Below are positions 7,676 through 16,327 of a stretch of 17,490 bases of DNA, piece by piece; the first letter of the stretch is position 1, and each line of letters opens with the position of its first letter. Origin of the DNA: a bacterium (GTDB taxonomy: Bacteria > SZUA-182 > DTGQ01 > JAFGSM01); NCBI GenBank assembly GCA_049472355.1, contig JBLIRP010000077.1, forward strand, positions 1 through 17,490. Reading direction: 5' to 3'. A program made the translations under genes and the position numbers. The notes under the pieces are model-generated. The model was given only the letters and a program-made list of their open reading frames with translations, had not been told where the DNA came from and searched no databases.

Positions 7676-9565
7676 ATGACGGCATTTCGACCCATACAAT
7701 TCGGAAAGTATCTGCTTATGGACAGAATCGCCACAGGCGGGATGGCGGAATTATACCGGGCCAAGATGACGGGGATTCAAGGCTTTGAGAAGCTCATCGC
7801 CATAAAGAGGATACTCCCCCACCTGACCGCCGATGAAAGCCTGGTCAACGCCTTTATCGATGAGGCGAAGCTTGCCGCCTTGCTCCACCACCAGAATATC
7901 GTTCAGATATACAATTTCGGGGTCATGGAGGATTCCTATTTCATCGCCATGGAATTCCTCTTCGGCAAGGATCTCAGGTTCATCATGCAGAAATCGATGA
8001 GCAAGAAAAGGCCCCTCGGGCTCGATCATGCCCTTTACATTGCATCGAGGATCTGCGCGGGTCTCGACTATGCCCATAACCTCAAGGATTTTCAAGGGAG
8101 TTCCCTTAATATCATTCATCGGGACATCGGTCCGCACAATATCTTCATCACCTATGACGGCCAGGTGAAGATCATCGACTTCGGCATTGCCAAGGCGGCA
8201 AACCAGAACTCCACGACCCAGATGGGCTCCATCAAGGGGAAGGTTGCCTATATGTCGCCGGAACAGGCGCTCGGCAAGGGCATCGATCATCGCTCCGACC
8301 TCTTTTCCATAGGTATCGTCCTCTATGAGATGGTGACGAACAGGCAGATGTTTTCAGGGGACACCTTCGAGGCATATGCCAAGGTCAGGGAGGCGGCATA
8401 CGAGCCTCCCGAGAAGGTGAAAAAGGACCTTCCACCGTCGGTGTGCAGGATTCTGCACAAGGCGCTCGCAAAGGAGCCGTCCCGGCGATATCAATCCGGG
8501 GATGCCATGCTCAGCGATATCGAGCGGTGCATGTCCGAGTGTGCCTTCCAGCCGAATGACCGGACACTTGCCCAGTACATGAAAAAGCTCTTTGGAAGGG
8601 ATGCAGGTGCGGAAGAGCGCGCGATGCGCGATGCGGTCCTCCTGGACCCGGAGGAGTCCCCCAAAACCGTAGAGCAGGGCGACACATCCAAAATAACACT
8701 AAATCAGGGGACCATTCCTGTCAGGCGCAGGTCGCGGAGGCATGTCATCACAACGCTGGTGACTCTTCTCATCATCCTGACATTGCTTGCCGCCATGACA
8801 ATCATGCAGAACCCCGTGTCCCCGTCGAGCAGGATTAAGGCCGTCCTTACGGGCCGCGGTCATGGTTCGGGCCCGGCCGGCTCCGGCACTGCCCAGGGAA
8901 ATGGGACCGGAGGCGTCCCTGATGCGGGATTGGCATCGGCACCGCAGTTGTCGGGAGGCATTCTCAGCAGGCAGGAGGCCCGACTCCTCGAGGAGGCAAA
9001 TGCCCTTGTTTCATCCGGACGTTTCAAGGAGGCTATCTCATTGTGTGAGGGCATCCTGGCGAAAGCCCCCGCCATGACCGAAAAGATAGTAGGACCCTAT
9101 GCTCGGGCGTTGCAGGGGTACGCTACCCTTATGATGGACACGAATCAAGCGGAGGCAAAGGCATTGCTGGTGAAGTCGATCATGCTGTATCCGGAGAGCG
9201 CCCAGGGGCACTACTATCTTGGTCGGATGTATGACAAGGAAAAGAATACGCCCGGCGCAATCGCGTCCTACCAGAAGGCAATCGAGCTCGATCCGAATTT
9301 GTCCCGGGCCTTTTTCAATCTCGGGTATCTCTATGCAATGAGCAAGGATTATGCTGGTGCGGAGCGGATGTACGAGCGGGTCGTCGCACTTGCCCCTCCC
9401 TTTGTGGACGAGGCGTACTTCAATCTTGCCCTTGTATATATAAAGAGGGGGCAGGTACAGAAAGGCATCCAGAGCCTCGATGCCGCTCACAGGACCAATC
9501 CCGGCAACGAACAGGCAAAGAAGCTCCTGCAACAGATGAAACGTCAATCAGGGAGGAAAAAATAA
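7676..9565 (+). CDS. Hanks-type Ser/Thr protein kinase with single TM helix and C-terminal extracytoplasmic TPR domain
   Basis: Kinase motifs 'IATGGMAELY', 'IAIKRI', 'HRDIGPHN', 'KIIDFG', 'GKVAYMSPEQ' and 'SDLFSIG'. A basic 'RRRSRRH' precedes the hydrophobic 'VITTLVTLLIILTLLAAMTIM'. TPR repeats follow: 'AQGHYYLGRMY..AIASYQKAIELDP', 'AFFNLGYLY', 'AYFNLALVY'. Confidence 0.95.
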   Translation: MTAFRPIQFGKYLLMDRIATGGMAELYRAKMTGIQGFEKLIAIKRILPHLTADESLVNAFIDEAKLAALLHHQNIVQIYNFGVMEDSYFIAMEFLFGKDLRFIMQKSMSKKRPLGLDHALYIASRICAGLDYAHNLKDFQGSSLNIIHRDIGPHNIFITYDGQVKIIDFGIAKAANQNSTTQMGSIKGKVAYMSPEQALGKGIDHRSDLFSIGIVLYEMVTNRQMFSGDTFEAYAKVREAAYEPPEKVKKDLPPSVCRILHKALAKEPSRRYQSGDAMLSDIERCMSECAFQPNDRTLAQYMKKLFGRDAGAEERAMRDAVLLDPEESPKTVEQGDTSKITLNQGTIPVRRRSRRHVITTLVTLLIILTLLAAMTIMQNPVSPSSRIKAVLTGRGHGSGPAGSGTAQGNGTGGVPDAGLASAPQLSGGILSRQEARLLEEANALVSSGRFKEAISLCEGILAKAPAMTEKIVGPYARALQGYATLMMDTNQAEAKALLVKSIMLYPESAQGHYYLGRMYDKEKNTPGAIASYQKAIELDPNLSRAFFNLGYLYAMSKDYAGAERMYERVVALAPPFVDEAYFNLALVYIKRGQVQKGIQSLDAAHRTNPGNEQAKKLLQQMKRQSGRKK

Positions 9566-9569
9566 GGGT

Positions 9570-9989
9570 ATGAGAAGGATGCTCATGTGCGTGACCGGCA
9601 TCGTCCTGGCAGTGACAGCCGTGGGGTGTGGCATGCTGAACAAGGATGCACGGGAGTGGCAGCCGGTGAAGCCAAGGGAGACGGCCTATATTCACACCGT
9701 CAAGTGGCAGGGAGAGACACTCCAGGTCATCGCCGCATGGTATACGGGAAACAAAGAGAACTGGCAGGCCCTTGCGGATGCAAATCCCGTCATCAATCCC
9801 AATCGTCTCTGTCTCGGCAACCAGATCTTTATCCCCCAGGGGCTTCTGAAATCAAGGAAGCCGTTGACCAGGCAGTTTATTGCAGACCTGCACAAAAAAC
9901 CGAAGAAGGTAAAAGGAAAAACAAAAAGGCCGGCGCCTCAGCCCACCGTCGACATCGATGATGAATTCGTGCTGTTTGGGCCCAAATAA
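9570..9989 (+). CDS. LysM-domain lipoprotein with basic C-terminal tail
   Basis: The signal peptide has a lipobox-like 'TAVG-C'. The LysM reads 'YIHTVKWQGETLQVIAAWYTG...WQALADANP..NPNRLCLGNQIFIP'. It starts 4 nt after the kinase stop. Confidence 0.88.
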   Translation: MRRMLMCVTGIVLAVTAVGCGMLNKDAREWQPVKPRETAYIHTVKWQGETLQVIAAWYTGNKENWQALADANPVINPNRLCLGNQIFIPQGLLKSRKPLTRQFIADLHKKPKKVKGKTKRPAPQPTVDIDDEFVLFGPK

Positions 9990-10059
9990 AGGCGGTGGAA
10001 CCGAGGGCCGCGGATAACGAGCCCTGCCGCATGGCGTATGTGTTCAGCAGGAGAGGGAG

Positions 10060-11769
10060 ATGAAGGATCGTCGCGGGATTCTTACTATCTTTTGTGTATT
10101 GGCCGTGATGCTGGTATTCGCGGTTTCCCCGTGTGTCTTCGCCGTCAGTACGCAATCCCCGCTGAGCCCTGAAGAAGTTAAGGAAATTTTTGCCGCTGCG
10201 AGGCGATTGAGCAACGCGAACCTTGCCAAGTCAAACCTCTCGGGGATGGACCTGAGCAGTGCGAGTATTCTTCATACCAACCTGAGCGGGTCGAACCTCA
10301 GCAATGCCAACCTGATGGATGCCGTGCTCATGCACACGGACCTGAGCGGTGCAAATCTGCACAAGACAAACCTGAGCGGGTGCAAAATGGCTCGTTATTC
10401 CCTGAACAAGGCCGACCTGAGGGATGCGGAATTGAACCTTGCCGTCATGCAAGACGGGGATGCCCAAAATGCCGATTTGACCCGTGCCGGCCTTCGGGGC
10501 GCAATGATACGCGGGGTCAACTTGAAGGGGGCGAATCTGAGCCATGCGAACCTGAGCCTTTCATTCATCTCAGGCGACCTGGACGATGCCACCCTTGCCT
10601 TTGCCGATATGCACGGTGCGCATCTTGCCGAGGTGAGCCTGCGCGGTGCGGACATGCGAACGGTCAACCTGAGCGGGTCACGACTGGTGAAGGCTGATAT
10701 GGGCGGCAACAGCCGTATGCATGCGAATCTCTCAAACGCCAACATGAACCATATCGTCATGCTTTCGGTGAAGATGGCGGCGGCCGATCTGAGGGGAGGG
10801 TATCTGAACGGCTCCATCATCGAGGAGGGCGATTGCACCGGGGTCAATCTGACCAATGCCAATCTGGACGGCACGGTCATCATCAAGACCGATCTCGAGA
10901 AGGCGGACCTCAGGTATGCCAGCCTGGTCCATGCCTATCTTGAGGAGATTGATTTGACCGGCGCGAACTTGACCAGTGCCATAATGACCAATGCCAAGGT
11001 GCACAAATGCACCCTGAACGAGGCGCTCCTCGTTGGGGTTGATTTCTGCGGGGCCACGCTCAGCGGGTCAAGCCTGAAGAAGGCGGTGCTGCGCACGGCG
11101 CTCCTCAAGGGTGCGGACCTGGGCGGCGTCAATCTGGATGGCGCCGATATGAAGGACGCCGATTGTGCCGGCGCCGACCTCACCAATGCCGTTCTGATCG
11201 GCGCCGACCTGAGCAGGGTCAACCTGAGCGGGACGCTTCTGTCATTCGCCGATCTGTCAAAGGCAGTGTTGGGGGGCGCCAGCCTGAAGGATGCCATGGT
11301 GCGCAACATCATCCTGAATGGTGTGGATCTGAAGGGGATCGAGCTTGAGAGGGTCGATCTGACCGGCGCCGTCCTGAAGGACGCCGATCTTTCCGGTGCA
11401 CGACTGAGCGGCACGATCCTCGATGATGCCGACTTAAGCGGTGCGAATCTCAGCGCCGCAGTCCTGGCCAATGCCTCCCTGAACCGGGCGACCCTCAAGA
11501 AGGCGAACCTGAGTGAAGGGGATCTGGGGCATGCAATACTGAAGGGCGCCAATGCAAGCTCTGCAAACCTTTCCCATGCGAACCTGACCGATGCCGATCT
11601 CACCGGTGCAAGCCTGCGGAATGCAGACCTTCGCGGGGCACTCATGGAGGGGGCGAACCTCGCCGGTGCCGATCTCAAGGGTGCCGACCTCACCGGTGTC
11701 GATACCAGCCTTATCAGCAACTTCAAGGATGCCGTCAATGCCGGCAGGGCGATCGGGACGGATAATTAG
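10060..11769 (+). CDS. Exported pentapeptide-repeat protein (A[D/N]Lxx, roughly 100 repeats)
   Basis: An N-terminal basic plus hydrophobic signal peptide ending 'VFA' is followed by about 500 aa of ADLSG/ANLTG-type repeats. GGAG RBS upstream. Confidence 0.93.
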   Translation: MKDRRGILTIFCVLAVMLVFAVSPCVFAVSTQSPLSPEEVKEIFAAARRLSNANLAKSNLSGMDLSSASILHTNLSGSNLSNANLMDAVLMHTDLSGANLHKTNLSGCKMARYSLNKADLRDAELNLAVMQDGDAQNADLTRAGLRGAMIRGVNLKGANLSHANLSLSFISGDLDDATLAFADMHGAHLAEVSLRGADMRTVNLSGSRLVKADMGGNSRMHANLSNANMNHIVMLSVKMAAADLRGGYLNGSIIEEGDCTGVNLTNANLDGTVIIKTDLEKADLRYASLVHAYLEEIDLTGANLTSAIMTNAKVHKCTLNEALLVGVDFCGATLSGSSLKKAVLRTALLKGADLGGVNLDGADMKDADCAGADLTNAVLIGADLSRVNLSGTLLSFADLSKAVLGGASLKDAMVRNIILNGVDLKGIELERVDLTGAVLKDADLSGARLSGTILDDADLSGANLSAAVLANASLNRATLKKANLSEGDLGHAILKGANASSANLSHANLTDADLTGASLRNADLRGALMEGANLAGADLKGADLTGVDTSLISNFKDAVNAGRAIGTDN

Positions 11770-12069
11770 GCATGCGCATCACCATATTCACCCGTTATAA
11801 GACAATAATCATGCACATACATCGACTCCGCCATGAGGGATCTCCGATGCTTCGTAGTGCCGGAGTTATCAAACATGGTCAAAACAATGAGCAAATGTCC
11901 GTGTGCCATTCCTGCAAGAATATACGCCCCCAGGTAGTGTAAACTTATCCATACAGAAAGGCGAAATCCTTTACACTTTCCTGCTCCCATGGAAGTCAAA
12001 TAGGCTTCAATGACGTCAGATGAGCGGGATTCGGAAATATCCTTTGAATGCCCAGCCGTATTGTATAAA

Positions 12070-12085
12070 TGGCATAATATTTGCT
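12070..12085 (+). promoter_or_regulatory. sigma54 (RpoN) -24/-12 promoter upstream of the cytochrome operon
   Basis: TGGCAT-AATAT-TTGCT matches TGGCAC-N5-TTGCW with correct GG-N10-GC spacing, in an AT-rich intergenic region. Confidence 0.7.
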
Positions 12086-12464
12086 CTCTTCATATAGGCT
12101 ACTTTTCGCCATTTTTCATCATTCACTTAGTAGATGCATGCTTCAAAATTCCTAAGTGTTTTCAAAAAAGGTTCTTTAAATCAATATGTTTTGCATGGTG
12201 TAGGTAAGTCAGCCCTCGTGCAATAACTATGAAATTCACACTTCTTGTGTGGAATGGAGTGCCTGAATCCTTGTGCGGAAAAATTTACATTACCGGTTCT
12301 CTCAAGATTATCCGGATTATGTGGAAGGCGTTATCAAGAGTAATATGAAAACCTGCGCCCGTTTGGATATATGCTGGATCGGGATTCGAAGAACCATTAT
12401 CGTGTGTAACGCGAACACTGCACTATTGAAGTGACAAGTACTCAATCCCTTTATGGAGGTGATT

Positions 12465-13610
12465 ATGCGGTATAGGATCAAGACCCTGCTCCTTCCCCTG
12501 ACATGCCTGATCATGATCGGGCTCGTCCTTTCAATCTGGTCTTCCGCCGGGATTGCTGCGGATCAGGAAAATTGCCAGCTCTGTCATCGCTATTCGGGTT
12601 TGGCTGCATTTACCCCCGAAACCGGAACGAAGAAGATCTTTTACGTGAATGAAACCGTGTATAGAAACACGGTTCATGGCAGCGTTCAATGCACCCATTG
12701 TCACCCGGATGTCAAGGAGGTGCCTCATAAACCGGTAAAAAGGGTAGACTGCGGCCTGAAATGCCATGTTAAGGAGCCGTCGTCGGACAAGGATTTTTCC
12801 CACAAGCCGATTGTTGATCAGTTCAAAAAGAGTGCCCACGGCATGTCCAAGCTTTTTTTATACGAGGACGGCCAGCCGAAATGCAAGTACTGTCATCAGA
12901 ATCCCATCTATCAACCCATGCGCGGGATTATGGCACGGCATGAGGATGCAGAGGCCGAGGCCCTTGCCCGGTGCCTGGGGTGTCACGAAAAGGACGAGTG
13001 GACGAAGCGTTTCCTCCAGCATTTCATATCCCGCACGGAGGCCCGCTGGAGCAATCGGGAGATAGTGGATCTGTGCAATACCTGCCATGCCAATGAGGAA
13101 ATGATGAGTAAATTCATGCTGGATGTGACCTCGAATTTCAAGGAGACCTTTCACTGGCGAAACGTGAAATACGATATGGAGAACGGCGCCCATTGCCTGA
13201 GTTGTCATGCCCCCGATGAATTGGGGTACACCCCGCATACCATCCTTGCGTCATCCGATCCCAATTCCTCCACATCCATGGAGCGCCGGTTGAAGACATG
13301 CGGGCAGCCGGGTTGTCATACCGCTCCGACCAGACCCTTTGTCGAGGGCAAGCTGCACGGCACCGGTCTCAAGGTCAGTCTCTTGAATGCGAAACTTGCC
13401 GAGATGGAAGGGAGACTCTCCGAAACGGAGGAAACGGATCTCAACGCGACCCTCAAATATGAAAAGACCGAACGGCTGAAAAAGAGGATCATATGGGGCA
13501 TCAAATTCTTTTATAAGATCATGATACTTCTCGTTCCAGGCGCAATGTTCATGCATCAGATGCTGGATCTCAGGATCACCTTGAAAGAGAGAAGGGAAAG
13601 GAGACACTGA
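12465..13610 (+). CDS. Periplasmic multiheme (probably octaheme) cytochrome c with C-terminal membrane anchor, Cbc-type quinol oxidoreductase c subunit
   Basis: Signal peptide; six CxxCH motifs (CQLCH, CTHCH, CKYCH, CLGCH, CNTCH, CLSCH) plus CGLKCH and CGQPGCH. The C-terminal hydrophobic helix ends in 'FMHQMLD'. Start at ATG 12465 after GGAGGT. Confidence 0.9.
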   Translation: MRYRIKTLLLPLTCLIMIGLVLSIWSSAGIAADQENCQLCHRYSGLAAFTPETGTKKIFYVNETVYRNTVHGSVQCTHCHPDVKEVPHKPVKRVDCGLKCHVKEPSSDKDFSHKPIVDQFKKSAHGMSKLFLYEDGQPKCKYCHQNPIYQPMRGIMARHEDAEAEALARCLGCHEKDEWTKRFLQHFISRTEARWSNREIVDLCNTCHANEEMMSKFMLDVTSNFKETFHWRNVKYDMENGAHCLSCHAPDELGYTPHTILASSDPNSSTSMERRLKTCGQPGCHTAPTRPFVEGKLHGTGLKVSLLNAKLAEMEGRLSETEETDLNATLKYEKTERLKKRIIWGIKFFYKIMILLVPGAMFMHQMLDLRITLKERRERRH

Positions 13611-13612
13611 TT

Positions 13613-14443
13613 ATGCCGAAATGGGGCCGACGAGCCGAGGACCAGGAATGGTTCATTCGGTTGAATAGAACCGAGGTATGGCAGCACAATATCATCTGGG
13701 TCACCTTCTTGCTCCTGGTGTTGACCGGAATGATGTCCCTTGTTCCCACATCCTGGGTCGTTGCCATGTTCGGTGATTATGCCGCAACGGTTTACCGGTG
13801 GCGGCGATATCTGCATTTCTTTTTTGCCTTTTGGCTTTTCGTGGGGTGTGTGTGGCACATATGCTATCTTGCCTTTACCGATGATGGCCGGCAGGTGTTC
13901 AAGGACATCATCCTCAAGCCGATCGATTTTATCCAGATGAAGGAAAACGTCCAATACATGCTGGGAATGCGTGACGAGAAGCCCAAATTTGACCGGTATG
14001 ATTACAAGGAGAAATTGGAATATCTCTTCGGATGCATAGGCACGACCGTGATCTTTATCACCGGCACCATCATGACCCTTGCCCCCCTCTTCCCGAAGTT
14101 CGTCGTCGAGGTAGCGGCGACCTTTCATTTGATGGAGGCCACGCTGGCAAGTTTTGCCATCTCCATCTGGCATTTCTACGCCGTCCATTTGAAACCCGGG
14201 AAATTCCCCCAGGACACCTCCTGGCTCGATGGAAAGATGACCATGCACCACCTGGAAGAGGAGCACCCGGTCTATTACGAAAGGGTAATGAAGGATCGAA
14301 GGGTGCAACGGCAACGGGAGGAACCCACCTATATTCTCGCTGAGGACGCCGGCAAGAGGGGCATATCCGATGCCTCTCTTGTCGAGACCGCACCCGCCGC
14401 GGATACGGAAAAGGATCACCAGGGAGAGGAGACGGACCTATGA
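13613..14443 (+). CDS. Diheme cytochrome b subunit (FdnI/HydC-like, CbcB-like)
   Basis: Four TM segments with His at the expected positions (WQH..LVLTG, YLH, TFH..EA.LA, IWHFY). The 'KFDRYDYKEKLEY' loop and 'WLDGKMT....EEHP' are typical of the Ni-hydrogenase/formate dehydrogenase cytochrome b family. Confidence 0.92.
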   Translation: MPKWGRRAEDQEWFIRLNRTEVWQHNIIWVTFLLLVLTGMMSLVPTSWVVAMFGDYAATVYRWRRYLHFFFAFWLFVGCVWHICYLAFTDDGRQVFKDIILKPIDFIQMKENVQYMLGMRDEKPKFDRYDYKEKLEYLFGCIGTTVIFITGTIMTLAPLFPKFVVEVAATFHLMEATLASFAISIWHFYAVHLKPGKFPQDTSWLDGKMTMHHLEEEHPVYYERVMKDRRVQRQREEPTYILAEDAGKRGISDASLVETAPAADTEKDHQGEETDL

Positions 14444-15363
14444 GATATGGTCGCGGAAATCTGGCCAAGGTACTGACGGTTATCGTATATTCCATCCTGG
14501 TAATACTCTTGGTGATGCTTTTCAAGGTCATCTATGTACCCAAAAAGGGGATAAGTCACGGTCCCCCACCGGTCAGCCTGGAGGAGGCCCCGGTGCAGCC
14601 GGCAAAGCTGCAGCCCTTCAAGGGGGATGTCTTCAAGAAGATCCTCGAGAAAAAGATGCAGCTCAAACTCGAGCATTTTCACAATCTGGATGAGAGTGTC
14701 GATGTTCGGGAATGGGTGCCCAATCTCTGCCTTGTCTGTCACGGGAGTTTGCCTCACAGCAAGAACAAGGATACCAGGGCGCTCTATAACATGCACACCT
14801 ATTTCTGTGCATGCGAGGTGTGTCATTTAAAGGGCGAAGGCCTCATATTCAAATGGTTCGACACCCAGACAGGTGAAATCATCGGCAGGATCTCGGAGAG
14901 GGTCGAGGAGCAGATCCCCACGGGCACCTATTCAGGCAATTACGGGGCGAAGATCATCCCCTGCATCCTTGAGGGACCAACAGTGGTCAGGATGGATCAG
15001 CCGGTAACCAAGGAATATGCCAATGAATACCTGACGATATGGTCCCAATACACCCTTGACCAGCAATCCCAGGCGAAACTGGAGATACACCGTCAGTTGA
15101 CGAAGGAACCGGTGAAGTGCACGGACTGTCATCAGAAGGAAAGTCCCTATCTTGATTTCAGGCGGCTGGGGTATCCCCCGTTTCTGTGTGATGAATTCGT
15201 TGGAACCGAAGTTGCGAAGATGGTGGAGAAGTATAAGTCGCTCAAACTGCCCACCATGTTCCGCCCGGATGAAATCATCCAACAAAAGCAATCCATGGGC
15301 AAGAAGGCCATGGATGGCGAAGCCCCGCTTCTGCCATCGACGTTTGAAAGCAGTGAGTATTAA
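14440..15363 (+). CDS. Membrane-anchored triheme cytochrome c
   Basis: N-terminal TM helix; CLVCH, CEVCH and CTDCH, with extra His (HFH, PH, NMH, IH) as possible distal ligands. ATGA overlap with the cytochrome b stop. Confidence 0.85.
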   Translation: MRYGRGNLAKVLTVIVYSILVILLVMLFKVIYVPKKGISHGPPPVSLEEAPVQPAKLQPFKGDVFKKILEKKMQLKLEHFHNLDESVDVREWVPNLCLVCHGSLPHSKNKDTRALYNMHTYFCACEVCHLKGEGLIFKWFDTQTGEIIGRISERVEEQIPTGTYSGNYGAKIIPCILEGPTVVRMDQPVTKEYANEYLTIWSQYTLDQQSQAKLEIHRQLTKEPVKCTDCHQKESPYLDFRRLGYPPFLCDEFVGTEVAKMVEKYKSLKLPTMFRPDEIIQQKQSMGKKAMDGEAPLLPSTFESSEY

Positions 15364-16327
15364 GGCCCCCTTCATACCCCTTTTCAGGCTTGTGGTTCCG
15401 TTGGTGGCACTTGCCGTCAGCGGGCCTCTGGCTTTTTCGCCGTGCAGCGCTCAGCCGGTTGAGATTGTTCCCTGCCGCCGCCTTTTCAGCCTTACGGGAA
15501 CGAAGGACAAGCCCTTCAATCAACCCAGCGCAGTTTCCGTGTTCAGGGACCGTATCCTGGTGCTTGACGGGGTCAACAGCCGCGTTGTCGTGTACGATCG
15601 TGAAGGCGGCCCCCTTTTCCAGTTCGGTAAGGCGGGCTCCGATCCCGGAGAATTCAAGTCCCCACTCGGATTGACCGTTGACCATCAAGGCAGGATGTAT
15701 GTGGCGGACTCAGGGAACCATCGCATACAGGTCTTCGATCCCAATGGAAAACTGCTCACCTATTTTACCCTCAAGGGAGACCGCTACGGTTGTCCCGCCG
15801 ATCCCACCGATCTCATCGTTGACCACAACCATAACCGTCTCCTGGTGGTGGATAACGACAATCACCGCTTTCTGATCTATACCACGGAAGGGACATTCAT
15901 CAAAGAGGTGGGCGAGGTCGGATTCGAAAACGGGGAATTCCGTTATCCCTACGGCATTGCCATGGATCAACAAGGGAGAATATATGTCGTGGACGTGCTC
16001 AATACGCGCGTCCAGGTATTCGACTTCCAGGGTGAATTTTTGCGAAGCATCGGGGAGTGGGGGATTGAAAAGGGCCAGTTCTTCCGTCCCCAGGGGATAG
16101 CGGTTGACCATCAGGGCCGGGTATTTGTGTCCGAAAGCTACCAGAAGATCGGTGTTATTCAGATCTTTTCGCCTGACGGCGAATTTCTGGCCCTTCTGGG
16201 GGATAGGTCACGAAAAAAGCTGCGTTTTTCAGTACCCACCGACCTGTTTTTCGACGATCATGATCGTCTCTATATCTGTGAGATGCATGACAGTCGGGTG
16301 AGTGTGTATGAATTAGAGAATAGATGA
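15353..16327 (+). CDS. Exported NHL-repeat 6-bladed beta-propeller protein
   Basis: Repeats 'FNQPSAV', 'GEFKSPLGLTVD..GRMYVADSGNHRIQVF', 'GEFRYPYGIAMD..GRIYVVD..NTRVQVF' and 'GQFFRPQGIAVD'. The likely start is GTG 15353, giving a signal peptide; the ORF-track start at 15152 overlaps the upstream gene too far. Confidence 0.9.
   Translation: MSIKAPFIPLFRLVVPLVALAVSGPLAFSPCSAQPVEIVPCRRLFSLTGTKDKPFNQPSAVSVFRDRILVLDGVNSRVVVYDREGGPLFQFGKAGSDPGEFKSPLGLTVDHQGRMYVADSGNHRIQVFDPNGKLLTYFTLKGDRYGCPADPTDLIVDHNHNRLLVVDNDNHRFLIYTTEGTFIKEVGEVGFENGEFRYPYGIAMDQQGRIYVVDVLNTRVQVFDFQGEFLRSIGEWGIEKGQFFRPQGIAVDHQGRVFVSESYQKIGVIQIFSPDGEFLALLGDRSRKKLRFSVPTDLFFDDHDRLYICEMHDSRVSVYELENR

Noticed and set aside
5686..9565. 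Type VI secretion regulatory locus (pppA/fha/ppkA)
   Set aside because: There are no Tss/Hcp/VgrG genes in the window, and the FHA protein is too short and lacks the TagH-type C-terminus.
11890..11908. Minus-strand TGGCAC...TTGCT as a second sigma54 promoter
   Set aside because: The spacing is N8 rather than the obligatory N5.
11766..12207. Small ORFs 11766-11999 (-) and 12010-12207 (+)
   Set aside because: They have no recognisable domain or convincing RBS, and the second spans the sigma54 site.
13613..14443. Formate dehydrogenase or hydrogenase operon
   Set aside because: Only the cytochrome b is present. Its neighbours are multiheme cytochromes, with no catalytic or FeS subunits.
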